Origin: Dehalococcoidia bacterium
GTDB lineage: Bacteria > Chloroflexota > Dehalococcoidia > Lucifugimonadales > JAGWBF01
Assembly: GCA_965261965.1 (NCBI GenBank)
Contig: OZ253489.1
Location: 3,026,281 to 3,090,280, forward strand
Direction of reading: 5' to 3'
Length of the DNA: 64,000 bases
Below, piece after piece: positions 45,533 through 54,395 of the stretch. The translations under genes and the position numbers were made by a program. Under the pieces are notes generated by a model. It saw nothing but the letters and a program-made list of their open reading frames with translations. It made no database searches and was not told the origin of the DNA. How positions within the stretch are numbered: the first letter of the stretch is position 1; every line of letters starts with the position of its first letter.

Positions 45533-46519
45533 CTAGAAGTCGAATTCCGTTCCCATTCCTCGTTCTTTGGCTAGCTGGTATACCTTGCCAGCGCAGGCTA
45601 TATCTTCGATAGCAATTCCGTTGAACTTGAACAGGGTGATCTCTTGGTCTGATTCCCTGCCGGGGACTTTTTCGGCAACCACATCAGCCATCTCGGCGTA
45701 GATATCCGCCTTATTATAAGTGCCTTGGGATATCGGTATCACCAGATCTCCGGCTTCCTTGAGGGCTTGGTCCATAAACTCCACAACCACCTTGCTCTTG
45801 TGCAGGGTTGCTTCATCCACCTCGCGCATATCGGGTATGCTGGAGCCGACCACGCTCAGGTGCATTCCCTCTTCGATGTGGTCTCCCGAAAAGACCGGAT
45901 TCCGGGCGTTGGTGACCGTAACCACGATATCGGCGCCGCCTAGCGCTCCTTCTGTTGTCTCGGCTGCTATTACCTCAGCATCCACCAAGGGTCTGAGGGT
46001 TGCGGCAAAGCTCTGGCGATGTTCTGGTGTGGGGCTGTAGATGCTGATCTCTTGTATGGGGCTCACCGCACAAACGCCTACAGCCTGCATCGCCGCGTAC
46101 TTGGATGAGCCAAAGAGAGCTAATCTTGTGCACTCCTTGCGGGCTAGGTGCTTGATCCCAACGGCGGTAACCGCTCCGGTGCGTATCCGGCTGAGGTCCT
46201 CCCCTTGCACCATAGCCAACATATCGCCGGTCGCGGAGTCAAAGAGCAGAATTATGAACCGTGCTCGCCTTGGGGGGGTGGTGCCGGGAGAAGCTGCCAC
46301 CAAGATCTTGGCCCCCATGATACCCAGTTGGTGAATGGTGCCCGGCATGAGCCATCGGAGATAGGAATGGCCTGGGCCTTGAGGTGGGTCTGTGGCGATC
46401 CGGGGGGGCATGCTGGCCCCTCCCAAAGCTAGCTGCCGGAAGGCTTCCTCCACCACATCGATGGCATCTTCCATGGCGAGCAGGTTAGAAACATCATTAT
46501 CGGTGATCAGTAGAGCCAT
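45533..46519 (-). CDS. Ornithine cyclodeaminase/mu-crystallin family protein
   Basis: 328 aa. MALLITDNDVSNLLAMEDAIDVVEEAFRQLALGGASMPPRI plus a Rossmann region. Confidence 0.85.
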   Translation of the reverse strand: MALLITDNDVSNLLAMEDAIDVVEEAFRQLALGGASMPPRIATDPPQGPGHSYLRWLMPGTIHQLGIMGAKILVAASPGTTPPRRARFIILLFDSATGDMLAMVQGEDLSRIRTGAVTAVGIKHLARKECTRLALFGSSKYAAMQAVGVCAVSPIQEISIYSPTPEHRQSFAATLRPLVDAEVIAAETTEGALGGADIVVTVTNARNPVFSGDHIEEGMHLSVVGSSIPDMREVDEATLHKSKVVVEFMDQALKEAGDLVIPISQGTYNKADIYAEMADVVAEKVPGRESDQEITLFKFNGIAIEDIACAGKVYQLAKERGMGTEFDF

Positions 46520-46548
46520 TCCGGTTAGTTCGACCTTCAGTAAGATTG

Positions 46549-47889
46549 CTATCGGCGGGGAATTACGAGGTTGCCCTTGGGAGGTGCATCAGAGACCTTC
46601 CCATCCTCCATGACCACATTGCCCCGGACCATGGTCAAGATGGGCATCCCCTTCAGCGGAGTGCCTCCGAATGCTGAATACTTGGGAGCTGTCGTAAGAG
46701 AACCGTCGTCGACGGTCGATTCGCGTTCCATATCAACCAACACCAGATCAGCATCCGAGCCGACCTGTATAGACCCCTTCTGAGGGTAGATACCGTACTC
46801 TCTGGACGGAGACTCAGACATCACCTCAACCAGTTTGGATAAGGAAAGTTTGCCTTTGTTAACCTGGGTTAACATCAACGGCAAAGATATCTCGACCTCC
46901 GGGACTCCGGTGGGGGCCTTCCAAATATCTATGAACCCTTCTTCCTTTTCGATGCGCGCATGAGGCGCGTGGTCTGTCGCAACCATATCTATCGTCCCGT
47001 CCAGAAGCCCTTCCCACACCGCAGCATTATCATCGGGAGTCTTGAACCTGGGCAGGACGGTGCCAAAAGGCCCCATTCGTACATGGTCCTCTTCGGTGAG
47101 AAGCAGGTACTTGGGGCTGGTTTCGACGGTAAAGCTTCCGGGTCGCTGTCCTTTAGCAGCCCTGATCAGCTCCAATGACCGTCGGGTTGTGATCATGTGG
47201 AAGTGGAATCTGTAAGGAGTTCGTTCCGTAAGAAGCAGCACCCGGGATACGCCCACCGCTTCGTTCTCTCGAGGCCAGGCAGTCAGCCAGTCCCGAATGT
47301 CGACCCGGCCGGATTCTTGGAGATGTTGGCGCATGAACTGAGAATGGCCTCCGTCGTAAGCATTCACGCTGGATATGCCACCGTTTTCATGGACCACCCG
47401 CATGATATCCATCATCAGTGGGCCAGTGGAGCCCTGCCCCAAAAACTCCATGGACACCGCACCTGCTTCCAGCAGACCCGGTATCTCGGCCATGTTGCTT
47501 GGTTCAGCCATAGCTTGGATCGTGAAGTCCACAAACGCTTTCTTCGGCCAATCTTCTGCCACTTGGTGGAACATATCCACGCTGTTGATGGTTGGGGTGG
47601 TTGTGGGCTGGCACATGATGGTGGTCACGCCGCCCGCGGCAGCCCCTTGGGTTAGGGTTGTGAACTCTTCTTTGTGAGTCTGACCTGGGTCCCTGGTGTG
47701 GACATGGCAGTCAACACATCCGGGGATGGAGTGGTAACCGGTCCCATCGATGATGCGGGGTGCAAGCATCTCCGAGCCTGGGGAGGCCAAGAGAGAAACC
47801 TTCCCATCCTTGATGCCTATGTCCAATTCCCGGATGCCTGCGGGGGTTACTACCCGGCTGCCTGCTATGACGGTATCCAGATCTGTCAT
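46549..47889 (-). CDS. Dihydroorotase/allantoinase-like cyclic amidohydrolase
   Basis: GCVDCHVHTRDPG (HxH), AAAGGVTTIM, MVATDHAPH, ~446 aa. Confidence 0.8.
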   Translation of the reverse strand: MTDLDTVIAGSRVVTPAGIRELDIGIKDGKVSLLASPGSEMLAPRIIDGTGYHSIPGCVDCHVHTRDPGQTHKEEFTTLTQGAAAGGVTTIMCQPTTTPTINSVDMFHQVAEDWPKKAFVDFTIQAMAEPSNMAEIPGLLEAGAVSMEFLGQGSTGPLMMDIMRVVHENGGISSVNAYDGGHSQFMRQHLQESGRVDIRDWLTAWPRENEAVGVSRVLLLTERTPYRFHFHMITTRRSLELIRAAKGQRPGSFTVETSPKYLLLTEEDHVRMGPFGTVLPRFKTPDDNAAVWEGLLDGTIDMVATDHAPHARIEKEEGFIDIWKAPTGVPEVEISLPLMLTQVNKGKLSLSKLVEVMSESPSREYGIYPQKGSIQVGSDADLVLVDMERESTVDDGSLTTAPKYSAFGGTPLKGMPILTMVRGNVVMEDGKVSDAPPKGNLVIPRR

Positions 47890-47932
47890 GAATCACATCC
47901 CAAGTCCGTAGTGTGTGCTGAGTATTCGAGGA

Positions 47933-49198
47933 TTAGACCACCTTGGCGCCGTCCCGGAAGACAGCCACCACATTGGCGATATCATTTACATCTTCGTAGG
48001 GTCTGCCTTGGAAAACCGCCACATCTGCCTGCTTTCCGGGTTCGAGGGTGCCTATGGAATCCAGCAAGCCAAGGGAAGCGGCGGCATCTCTGCAGGCAGA
48101 CAGGACTGTCTGGCGGGTGCTGAGTCCACCCTGCACCATCAAATCCATCTCGCTATAGATCCGATCAAAGGGCATGGGGCCCCATCCGCAGTCGGTGCCC
48201 GTCACGAACTTTACCCCTGCGTCAGCCATCTTCTCCACAGCTTGCAGCCGCTGCTCGTGCTGGCGTTTCAGGTTGTCGTACCTCGCTTGTTCTTCGGGCG
48301 ATAAACCAACTGACCGCTCCTTTTCAGCAAGCTCAGCACGGGGTCCTACCCCGGTAACCTGGTACAAGGTGGGGTTTACCCAAGCGCCGGCTTCGGCGAT
48401 ACGGGCAGCCACATCCTCCCGGTACCTCGACGAACCGTCGGCATCTCTGAACGTACAATGAATGATCATGTCGATGCCCGCTTCCAAGGTGTTGATGATG
48501 CCTTCGGTAGCATGGGCGTGGGAAGCTACCAGACGTTGAAACTTGTGGGCTTCCCAAGAAATGGCTTTCAGTTCATCCAGGTTATAGGCGGGAAGCTCAG
48601 GATAGGTGCCCAGAGTGCTTCCCCCGGTGGCGGCGACTTTGATGTAGTCCGCTCCCTTTTTGATCAACCTGCGAACGCCTTTGACCACCTCATCGACGCC
48701 GTCGGCTTCTGCGCCGTTTTGCCACATATGTCCCCCCGTGATGGTCAGTGCGTTCCCGCACAGCATGAGACGGGGGCCGTCGGTGAGGCCGCGGCGGATG
48801 CCTTCCTTCAACGAAAAGGTCGTGTCATGTTTGGACCCGTTGTCCCGGATGGTGGTTACCCCCAGCCTCAAGTATTGCCGGGCGTTGGCGATGGACTGCA
48901 TCAGGAGGATATCATCATCTTCACTCATCACGTCATTGGTGTGGGTGCCATCGCCAGGGTAGTTCAGATGAGTATGCACATCGACCAACCCCGGCATTAT
49001 GGTTGCTCCCGGGTACTCATGGACCATCACATCTGAGCCTTCGGGCGCCGAAACCTGATGAGCCGGCCCCACAGCTCTGATCTTGTTTCCTTCCAAGAGG
49101 ACGGCCCCCTGCTCGACGGGGTCATCTCCCTTCCCACTGAAAACGTGATCGGCTTTGATAAGCTGGAAACCTGGATTTGCCGGATTAGTTTGACCCAT
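47933..49198 (-). CDS. Amidohydrolase family protein (imidazolonepropionase/prolidase-like)
   Basis: PGLVDVHTHLNYPG, VASHAHA, GTDCGW, 421 aa. Confidence 0.8.
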   Translation of the reverse strand: MGQTNPANPGFQLIKADHVFSGKGDDPVEQGAVLLEGNKIRAVGPAHQVSAPEGSDVMVHEYPGATIMPGLVDVHTHLNYPGDGTHTNDVMSEDDDILLMQSIANARQYLRLGVTTIRDNGSKHDTTFSLKEGIRRGLTDGPRLMLCGNALTITGGHMWQNGAEADGVDEVVKGVRRLIKKGADYIKVAATGGSTLGTYPELPAYNLDELKAISWEAHKFQRLVASHAHATEGIINTLEAGIDMIIHCTFRDADGSSRYREDVAARIAEAGAWVNPTLYQVTGVGPRAELAEKERSVGLSPEEQARYDNLKRQHEQRLQAVEKMADAGVKFVTGTDCGWGPMPFDRIYSEMDLMVQGGLSTRQTVLSACRDAAASLGLLDSIGTLEPGKQADVAVFQGRPYEDVNDIANVVAVFRDGAKVV

Positions 49199-49426
49199 GG
49201 TGGAACTTCCGTGACTTAGGATTCTGTCTTATGGCAGGTAGAACATTAAATCATTGCTGAGATTCTAACATGGAGGCATATGCCTATCAACGATGGCACA
49301 GCTTCCTTACCTGGCTGCCCCTTCCTGCCAGATAGGGATCGTGCTCAGAGAGCACCGCCGTGAGTATGTTATACTGCATAGCGAAGTAGCTTCAGCTTTC
49401 CGACCTTCTCAAGGGTACTTCTGACG

Positions 49427-50608
49427 TTGCACCACCTCAAGACTCTTGGCCCTCTTCTGGCTTTGATTGCCCTTCTTGGGGCGATTGTAGGTGCATCTGT
49501 CTTCAGTGCGATGACCCTGCTCCGGGATAGCTCCCCAGCATCGTCTCAAGGAACAGGGGCTGAAGGCGCCCTCCCGGAAAACATCCCCGCCGAATTCGGG
49601 CGGATATATGAGGTGTGGGATGTACTGCAGAACGAGCACTACCTTGGCGACTCCCTCGACCCCGATGCCCTAAGCCAAGCTGCTGTCCGTGGGATGCTGG
49701 ATAGCATCGATGATCCTTATGCTGCCTTCCTTAGCCCCGATGAATATGCCATCGAATCCGAAGACATCCACGGGGCTTTCGAAGGCATTGGCGCCAACGT
49801 TGGCATGAGGGATGGAGTGGTTACCATAATAGCTCCGCTTCCCGACAGCCCAGCTGAAAAGGCCGGTATTCAGCCCGGTGATATTATTCAAGAGATTGAT
49901 GGCGAAGATGTCACAGGTTGGAGCTTGCTGGAGGTGGTCACCAAAATCAGGGGACCTAGCGGAGAACTTGTTCGCTTGGGGATCAAGCGCCAAGGCGATG
50001 TGCTGATGGTCTTGTCCATCGTCCGAGACCGGGTGGAAACAAAGAGCGTGAACCTGAGCTTTCTAGCCGGCAACATAGCCCACCTCAAAATAGGATCATT
50101 CACAGAATCCACAGACCCGGAGACAGGGGACGCATTGAAGATGGTCGTTGATGCCAAAGCACGAGGCTTGATCATCGATGTGCGGAATAACCCGGGCGGC
50201 CTGCTTCAGGCTGTGGTGGATGTGGCAAGCCGGTTCATTGATGGTGGGTTGATCTTGTATCAGGTAGATGGAGATGGACAACGCCAAGACTGGGAGGCAG
50301 ATGACGGGACCTCCACAGAAGGAATACCCTTGGTGATGCTGATCAACGAAGGCAGCGCCAGCGGGAGCGAGGTTCTGGCAGGAGCCTTAAGAGACAGAGA
50401 GCAGGTCCTCTTGATAGGAGCCAAAACCTTTGGCAAAGGCAGTGTGAATATCTTAAGGGGTCTCAGTGACGGTTCTGGGCTGTACTTCACCACTGCCCGT
50501 TGGTACACGCCGGAAGGCGCTTTGTTGGAGGGTGAAGGAATTCATCCTGATGTGGAAATCCTCCAAGATCATGGGAGTCGGATAATCTTCAATTGGGTGC
50601 AGCCATAG
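49427..50608 (+). CDS. S41-family C-terminal processing peptidase with PDZ domain
   Basis: N-terminal TM/signal, PDZ (PAEKAGIQPGDIIQEIDGEDV), LIIDVRNNPGGLL, catalytic NEGSASGSEVLAGAL and TFGKGS. Confidence 0.85.
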   Translation: MHHLKTLGPLLALIALLGAIVGASVFSAMTLLRDSSPASSQGTGAEGALPENIPAEFGRIYEVWDVLQNEHYLGDSLDPDALSQAAVRGMLDSIDDPYAAFLSPDEYAIESEDIHGAFEGIGANVGMRDGVVTIIAPLPDSPAEKAGIQPGDIIQEIDGEDVTGWSLLEVVTKIRGPSGELVRLGIKRQGDVLMVLSIVRDRVETKSVNLSFLAGNIAHLKIGSFTESTDPETGDALKMVVDAKARGLIIDVRNNPGGLLQAVVDVASRFIDGGLILYQVDGDGQRQDWEADDGTSTEGIPLVMLINEGSASGSEVLAGALRDREQVLLIGAKTFGKGSVNILRGLSDGSGLYFTTARWYTPEGALLEGEGIHPDVEILQDHGSRIIFNWVQP

Positions 50609-50649
50609 AAGCTCTGGAAACAGCAATCCAAGCAGCTGGGTAATATATC

Positions 50650-51105
50650 ATGGCCAACGATAAGATGATTAGCATAAATCGCAAAGCCACCTACGACTAC
50701 GCGATCTTGGAACGGGTGGAAGCGGGGCTGGTACTTACCGGCACCGAAATAAAGTCAATCAGAGCTGGTCAGATAAACATCAGGGAAGCGTACGTGCGTG
50801 CCCAAAACAAGGAGTTGTGGCTGATCAATGCACACATAGCTCCTTATCATGGAGGCGGGATATACAACCATGATCCGATGCGGACCCGAAAGCTGCTGCT
50901 TCACAAAGAGCAGGTGGCGCATCTGGCGGCGGAAGTAGGTCAGAAGGGGTTGACCATCGTCGCCCTCAGGGTCTACATCAGGCATCATGTTGCCAAGGTG
51001 GAGCTCGGATTAGCCAAGGGGAAACGGCAATATGACAAACGCCGCGCCATCATAGACCGCGACCGCGATATGGAAGCAAGAAGAGCCTTGCAGCGAAGAG
51101 TTTAG
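50650..51105 (+). CDS. smpB: SsrA-binding protein SmpB
   Basis: INRKATYDYAILERVEAGLVLTGTEIKSIRAGQINIREAYV...LLLHKEQV. Confidence 0.95.
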   Translation: MANDKMISINRKATYDYAILERVEAGLVLTGTEIKSIRAGQINIREAYVRAQNKELWLINAHIAPYHGGGIYNHDPMRTRKLLLHKEQVAHLAAEVGQKGLTIVALRVYIRHHVAKVELGLAKGKRQYDKRRAIIDRDRDMEARRALQRRV

Positions 51106-51130
51106 CTGCATCGTCGCACCGCCCTCAACA

Positions 51131-52410
51131 GCAGATCTTAGATTCCTCACTGCGCTCGGAATGACAGGTGGGCACTCGGAATGACAGGTGGGCGCTCGGA
51201 ACGACAGGTGGGCGTTCGGAATGACAGGTGGGCGCTCGGAATGACAGGTGGGCGCTCGGAACGACAGGTGGGCGTTCGGAATGACAGGTGGGCGCTCGGA
51301 ACGACAGGTGGGCGCTCGGAACGACAGGGGGGCGCTCGGAATGACAGGTGGGCGCTCGGAACGACAGATGGGCGCTCGGAATGACAGATGGGCGCTCGGA
51401 ATGACACTCACTCCCTGTCATTCTGAGGAGCCTTCCCCTTACTGTCATTCTGAGGAGCGCACGACGAAGAATCTAAGATGCCCGGCTCACACAAAGGCTC
51501 GTCGTAGTAATGGACAGGCCATCAGTGGCAGACCTTAGATTCCTCACTCCGTTCGGAATGACAGCGGGGACCGTTCGGAATGACAGCGGGGACCGTTCAG
51601 AATGACAGCGGCGGGCGTCTTGAATAACACTCCGTCATTGTCATTCTGAGGAGCGCCTTCCCTTACTGTCATTCTGGGGAGTGCTTCCCCTCTCTGTCAT
51701 TCTGAGGAGTGCTTCCCCTCCCTGTCATTCTGAGGAGCGCACGACGAAGAATCTAAGATGCCCGCTCACACAAAGGCTCGTCGTAGCAATGGACAGGCCA
51801 TCAGTGGCAGACCTTAGATTCCTCACTCCGTTCGGAATGACAGCGAGGACCGTTCGGAATGACAGCGGGGAGCGTCTTGAATAACACTCCGTCATTGTCA
51901 TTCTGAGGAGTGCCTTCCCTTACTGTCATTCTGAGGAGCGCCTCCCCTTCCTGTCATTCTGAGGAGCGCACGACGAAGAATCTAAGATGCCCGCTCACAC
52001 AAAGGCTCGTCGTAGCAATCAACCAGCCATCAGGGGCAGACCTTAGATTCCTCACTCCGTTCGGAATGACAGCGGGGACCGTTCGGGATGACAGCGGGGA
52101 CCGTCTTGAATAACACTCCGTCATTGTCATTCTGAGGAGCGCCTTCCCTTACTGTCATTCTGAGGAGTGCTTCCCCTCCCTGTCATTCTGAGGAGCGCAC
52201 GACGAAAAATCTAAGATGCCCGCTCATACAAAGGCTCGTCGTAGCAATGAACCAGCCATCAGGGGCAGACCTTAGATTCCTCACTCCGTTCGGAATGACA
52301 GCAGGGGAGTGCGGAATGACAGTAGGAGAGTTCGGAATGACATGTTGGGTGTTGTTCGGAATGACGCTAGGGGATAGGCTCGGGATTACAAGTTGGGGAA
52401 CTGTGCGCTG
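51131..52410 (+). repeat. Composite palindromic repeat array 3 (forward; half-core + 20-bp satellite + 4 cores)
   Basis: A half-core (3' arm only) at 51131-51166 starts 26 nt after the smpB stop. Thirteen GGAAYGACA boxes follow at an exact 20-bp period (51158-51406). Cores at 51444-51563, 51724-51842, 51952-52070 and 52182-52300. The junction type differs from array 1 (CGTCTTGAATAACACTCCGTCATTGTCATTC). Confidence 0.9.
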
Positions 52411-53848
52411 GTAACAGTTCAGAGTTGAGGGGAAAGTAGTAGGTCACGGCATTCCAAGAGGGGGTTGAGGCCCTTGGCGCGCCATGTCCCAAAGAGGGAT
52501 GCCAGGGTCATTTTGGTGTCGCTGCCCTGTTTGGAGCGAGTGCCGCCGCTAATCTTACGGCTGATCACCAGGTGCCGCAGGCTTCGTTCGGCGGCGTTGT
52601 TCTCCGACGGCGCGTTTGGGTGGGACACGAAGACGAACAGCTCCTTGATGAACCGTTCTATGCGCCGGCAGAGCTTGGACTGGGGCGCGGCTTGGTCCTT
52701 GAAGAAGGGGCTGCACAGCGCCAGCAGTTCCTTCTCCAAGGTCAACTGGCGTCGCGAGGCCAGCCGGGGGCCATCGGCAGGAACGCAAGTCCTGGCCTTG
52801 GCATATACCCGCCGCACCGCACCGGCCCACTGTGCCAAGCCGAGGTCATCAGGATACCAAGCCATGAGCTCATCCATATCCCGCAGCAGGTGTGCCCAAC
52901 ACCGCTGCTTCAGGCCGGGGTAGTGGTTATATGCGGCGTAGAAGTCACTCACCAGCACTCCGCTGAATGCCTCTCCCAACGCCTCGTCCACCACCCCCTT
53001 GCCACGACCGCGACGCAGGAAGTACCGCTCCGTGGGAGTGCTGAAGGTCCAAACGTAGCCGTTGACTCCATCCTCACGCCAGCCGGTCTCATCTGCATGC
53101 ACCACCGGAGAGCCACGAATGCGTTCCAGGGTCTCGGCCACTGCCATCCGGGCCTGTCGTGCCACACTATGAATCGTCTCCACGATGGCGCCCACGCTCA
53201 GCTTCAACCGATGCACCGTCTGAAGGTACTGCTGGATGCTCCTTATGGGCAGCCGTCCCTCCTCCCGCAGCGTCACTATCAGGCTCGCAAGGTTGATACC
53301 AAGGCGCCGAGGCCCCACTGCCAATCCCTGCAACGCACCACGGGGCACCCGCCGTTTCCGGCATAGCCCACACATTCGAGCCATGAAGACGTGCTCGACC
53401 ACCTCCGCCGGAACCAACGGAAGCTCGATGACCTCACGAGTCCGCTGTACCCATCCCCCTGCCAGGCCCGTCCCACACTCGGGGCACGACTCCAGAGCAT
53501 GCACCACCTGCCGCGTGGGTTCCATTCGCTGCCGGGCAAAGCCGTGGAGACGACGCTTCCTCGATCCCTTTCTCTCCGGCTGACTCCCCTTGGCGCGCGG
53601 CTTATTGCCCGGCATCCCTGCAGACGGGCCGCCAGTACCCGGACGGGCCTCCAACTCCTTCACCCGTCGCTCCAGCTCGGCGATGATCGTCTGCTGCTTG
53701 GCAATAACCTCCAGCAGGGTCTCCCGGCTCGTGGTGCGAAGGTCCACTTCATTGTCCACCCCTCTCGTTTAACACAATCAAACGCCCCTTGCTCCGTACT
53801 CTCCACCCAGGTTCCGAGCAATTCACCTCTCCAACTCTGAACAGTTAC
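52411..53848 (-). mobile_element. IS66-family insertion sequence, single-ORF type (1438 bp)
   Basis: Terminal inverted repeats: GTAACAGTTCAGAGTTGAGG at 52411, and GTAACTGTTCAGAGTTGGAG as the reverse complement of 53829-53848. They start with GTAA, as in IS66-family ends. No flanking direct repeat found. Confidence 0.8.
52419..53759 (-). CDS. IS66-family DDE transposase
   Basis: 446 aa. N-terminal leucine zipper (IIAELERRVKELE), zinc finger CPECG...CGLC, HADETGW, CWAHLLRD, NNAAERSLRHLVISRKISGG. Confidence 0.85.
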   Translation of the reverse strand: MDNEVDLRTTSRETLLEVIAKQQTIIAELERRVKELEARPGTGGPSAGMPGNKPRAKGSQPERKGSRKRRLHGFARQRMEPTRQVVHALESCPECGTGLAGGWVQRTREVIELPLVPAEVVEHVFMARMCGLCRKRRVPRGALQGLAVGPRRLGINLASLIVTLREEGRLPIRSIQQYLQTVHRLKLSVGAIVETIHSVARQARMAVAETLERIRGSPVVHADETGWREDGVNGYVWTFSTPTERYFLRRGRGKGVVDEALGEAFSGVLVSDFYAAYNHYPGLKQRCWAHLLRDMDELMAWYPDDLGLAQWAGAVRRVYAKARTCVPADGPRLASRRQLTLEKELLALCSPFFKDQAAPQSKLCRRIERFIKELFVFVSHPNAPSENNAAERSLRHLVISRKISGGTRSKQGSDTKMTLASLFGTWRAKGLNPLLECRDLLLSPQL

Positions 53849-53911
53849 ACAAATCTGCATTGCTGGACAAATGACCATCAGAAATGCGACAATACGGGGA
53901 AGATCACTCAT

Positions 53912-54264
53912 GGGGACGCGTGGTTTCGACAGTGGACCATCCTGGAGGATCGCAGGCCGAGGTGCCATCCACCTCGTTAAACAGGTGGCAAAACAACAAC
54001 TGGCGAACGTGAATTCGCTCTAGCTGCCTAAATCGGCAGCTCGTCTGCCCCAACCCAGCCCGGAGGTTTGGTAACAGGCGTTATAGATCCGGGATGCTGT
54101 TATCTGGACGCCGATGGAGATAACCTAAGAATATATCGGCTGGGTCCTGCCACGTTATGCCGGTGGAATATGGCAGGCCGACAACTTAGAACCGGATAAG
54201 CCTGTAGTATATCTAGCTGGGCTGCCTTCTGGACGGGGAGTTCGACCCTCCCCCGTCTCCACCA
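53912..54264 (+). ncRNA. ssrA: tmRNA (SsrA), one-piece
   Basis: 5' GGGGACGCGTGGTTTCGACAGTGG. 3' GGACGGGGAGTTCGACCCTCCCCCGTCTCCACCA (T-arm + acceptor + encoded CCA). Acceptor stem GGGGACG/CGTCTCC has a G3-U wobble (Ala identity). Tag frame is ...GGC GAA CGT GAA TTC GCT CTA GCT GCC TAA = ...GEREFALAA, with the stop inside the hairpin GCTGCC-TAAATC-GGCAGC. Confidence 0.92.
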
Positions 54265-54395
54265 ATCTACTCCAAGTGGCATCCTGACCCGGCGAGCCTG
54301 TATGTAACACCGTTATCCTACGTCTTCGTCTCAAGGCTGTATTCTCACCTCCGCCCCAATCTCTCAACGAATTAGCCAACATCCGCAATTCCTAA

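Noticed and set aside
51010-51448. ORF-track proteins inside the repeat arrays, such as MSVIPSAHLSFRAPICRSERPPVIPS..., HSERSEESKV..., VILRSARRRI (also at 30990-31559, 41527-41945, 54646-55631, 55860-56282, 63406-63880).
   Set aside because: They are translations of tandem DNA repeats. All three frames on both strands are open, the periodicity equals the DNA unit length, indels between copies shift the frame, and no RBS or start context is conserved.
51758-51817. A 19-codon mini-ORF inside the core (M/V-PAHTKARRSNGQAI(S/R)GRP). ATG and GTG alternate at the start between copies.
   Set aside because: Single-base indels between copies (GCCCGGCTCAC vs GCCCGCTCAC) change the frame: copy 51444-51563 would read MPGSHKGSS-stop. 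The array-2 and 31017 variants do not preserve it, and no SD lies at a proper distance.
53660-54388. Small ORFs overlapping the tmRNA gene and IS66 end (53660-53968, 53789-53980, 54100-54282, 54155-54388).
   Set aside because: The region is fully explained by the IS66 terminus and a canonical tmRNA (5' GGGG...TTCGAC, T-arm, CCA end, tag ORF).
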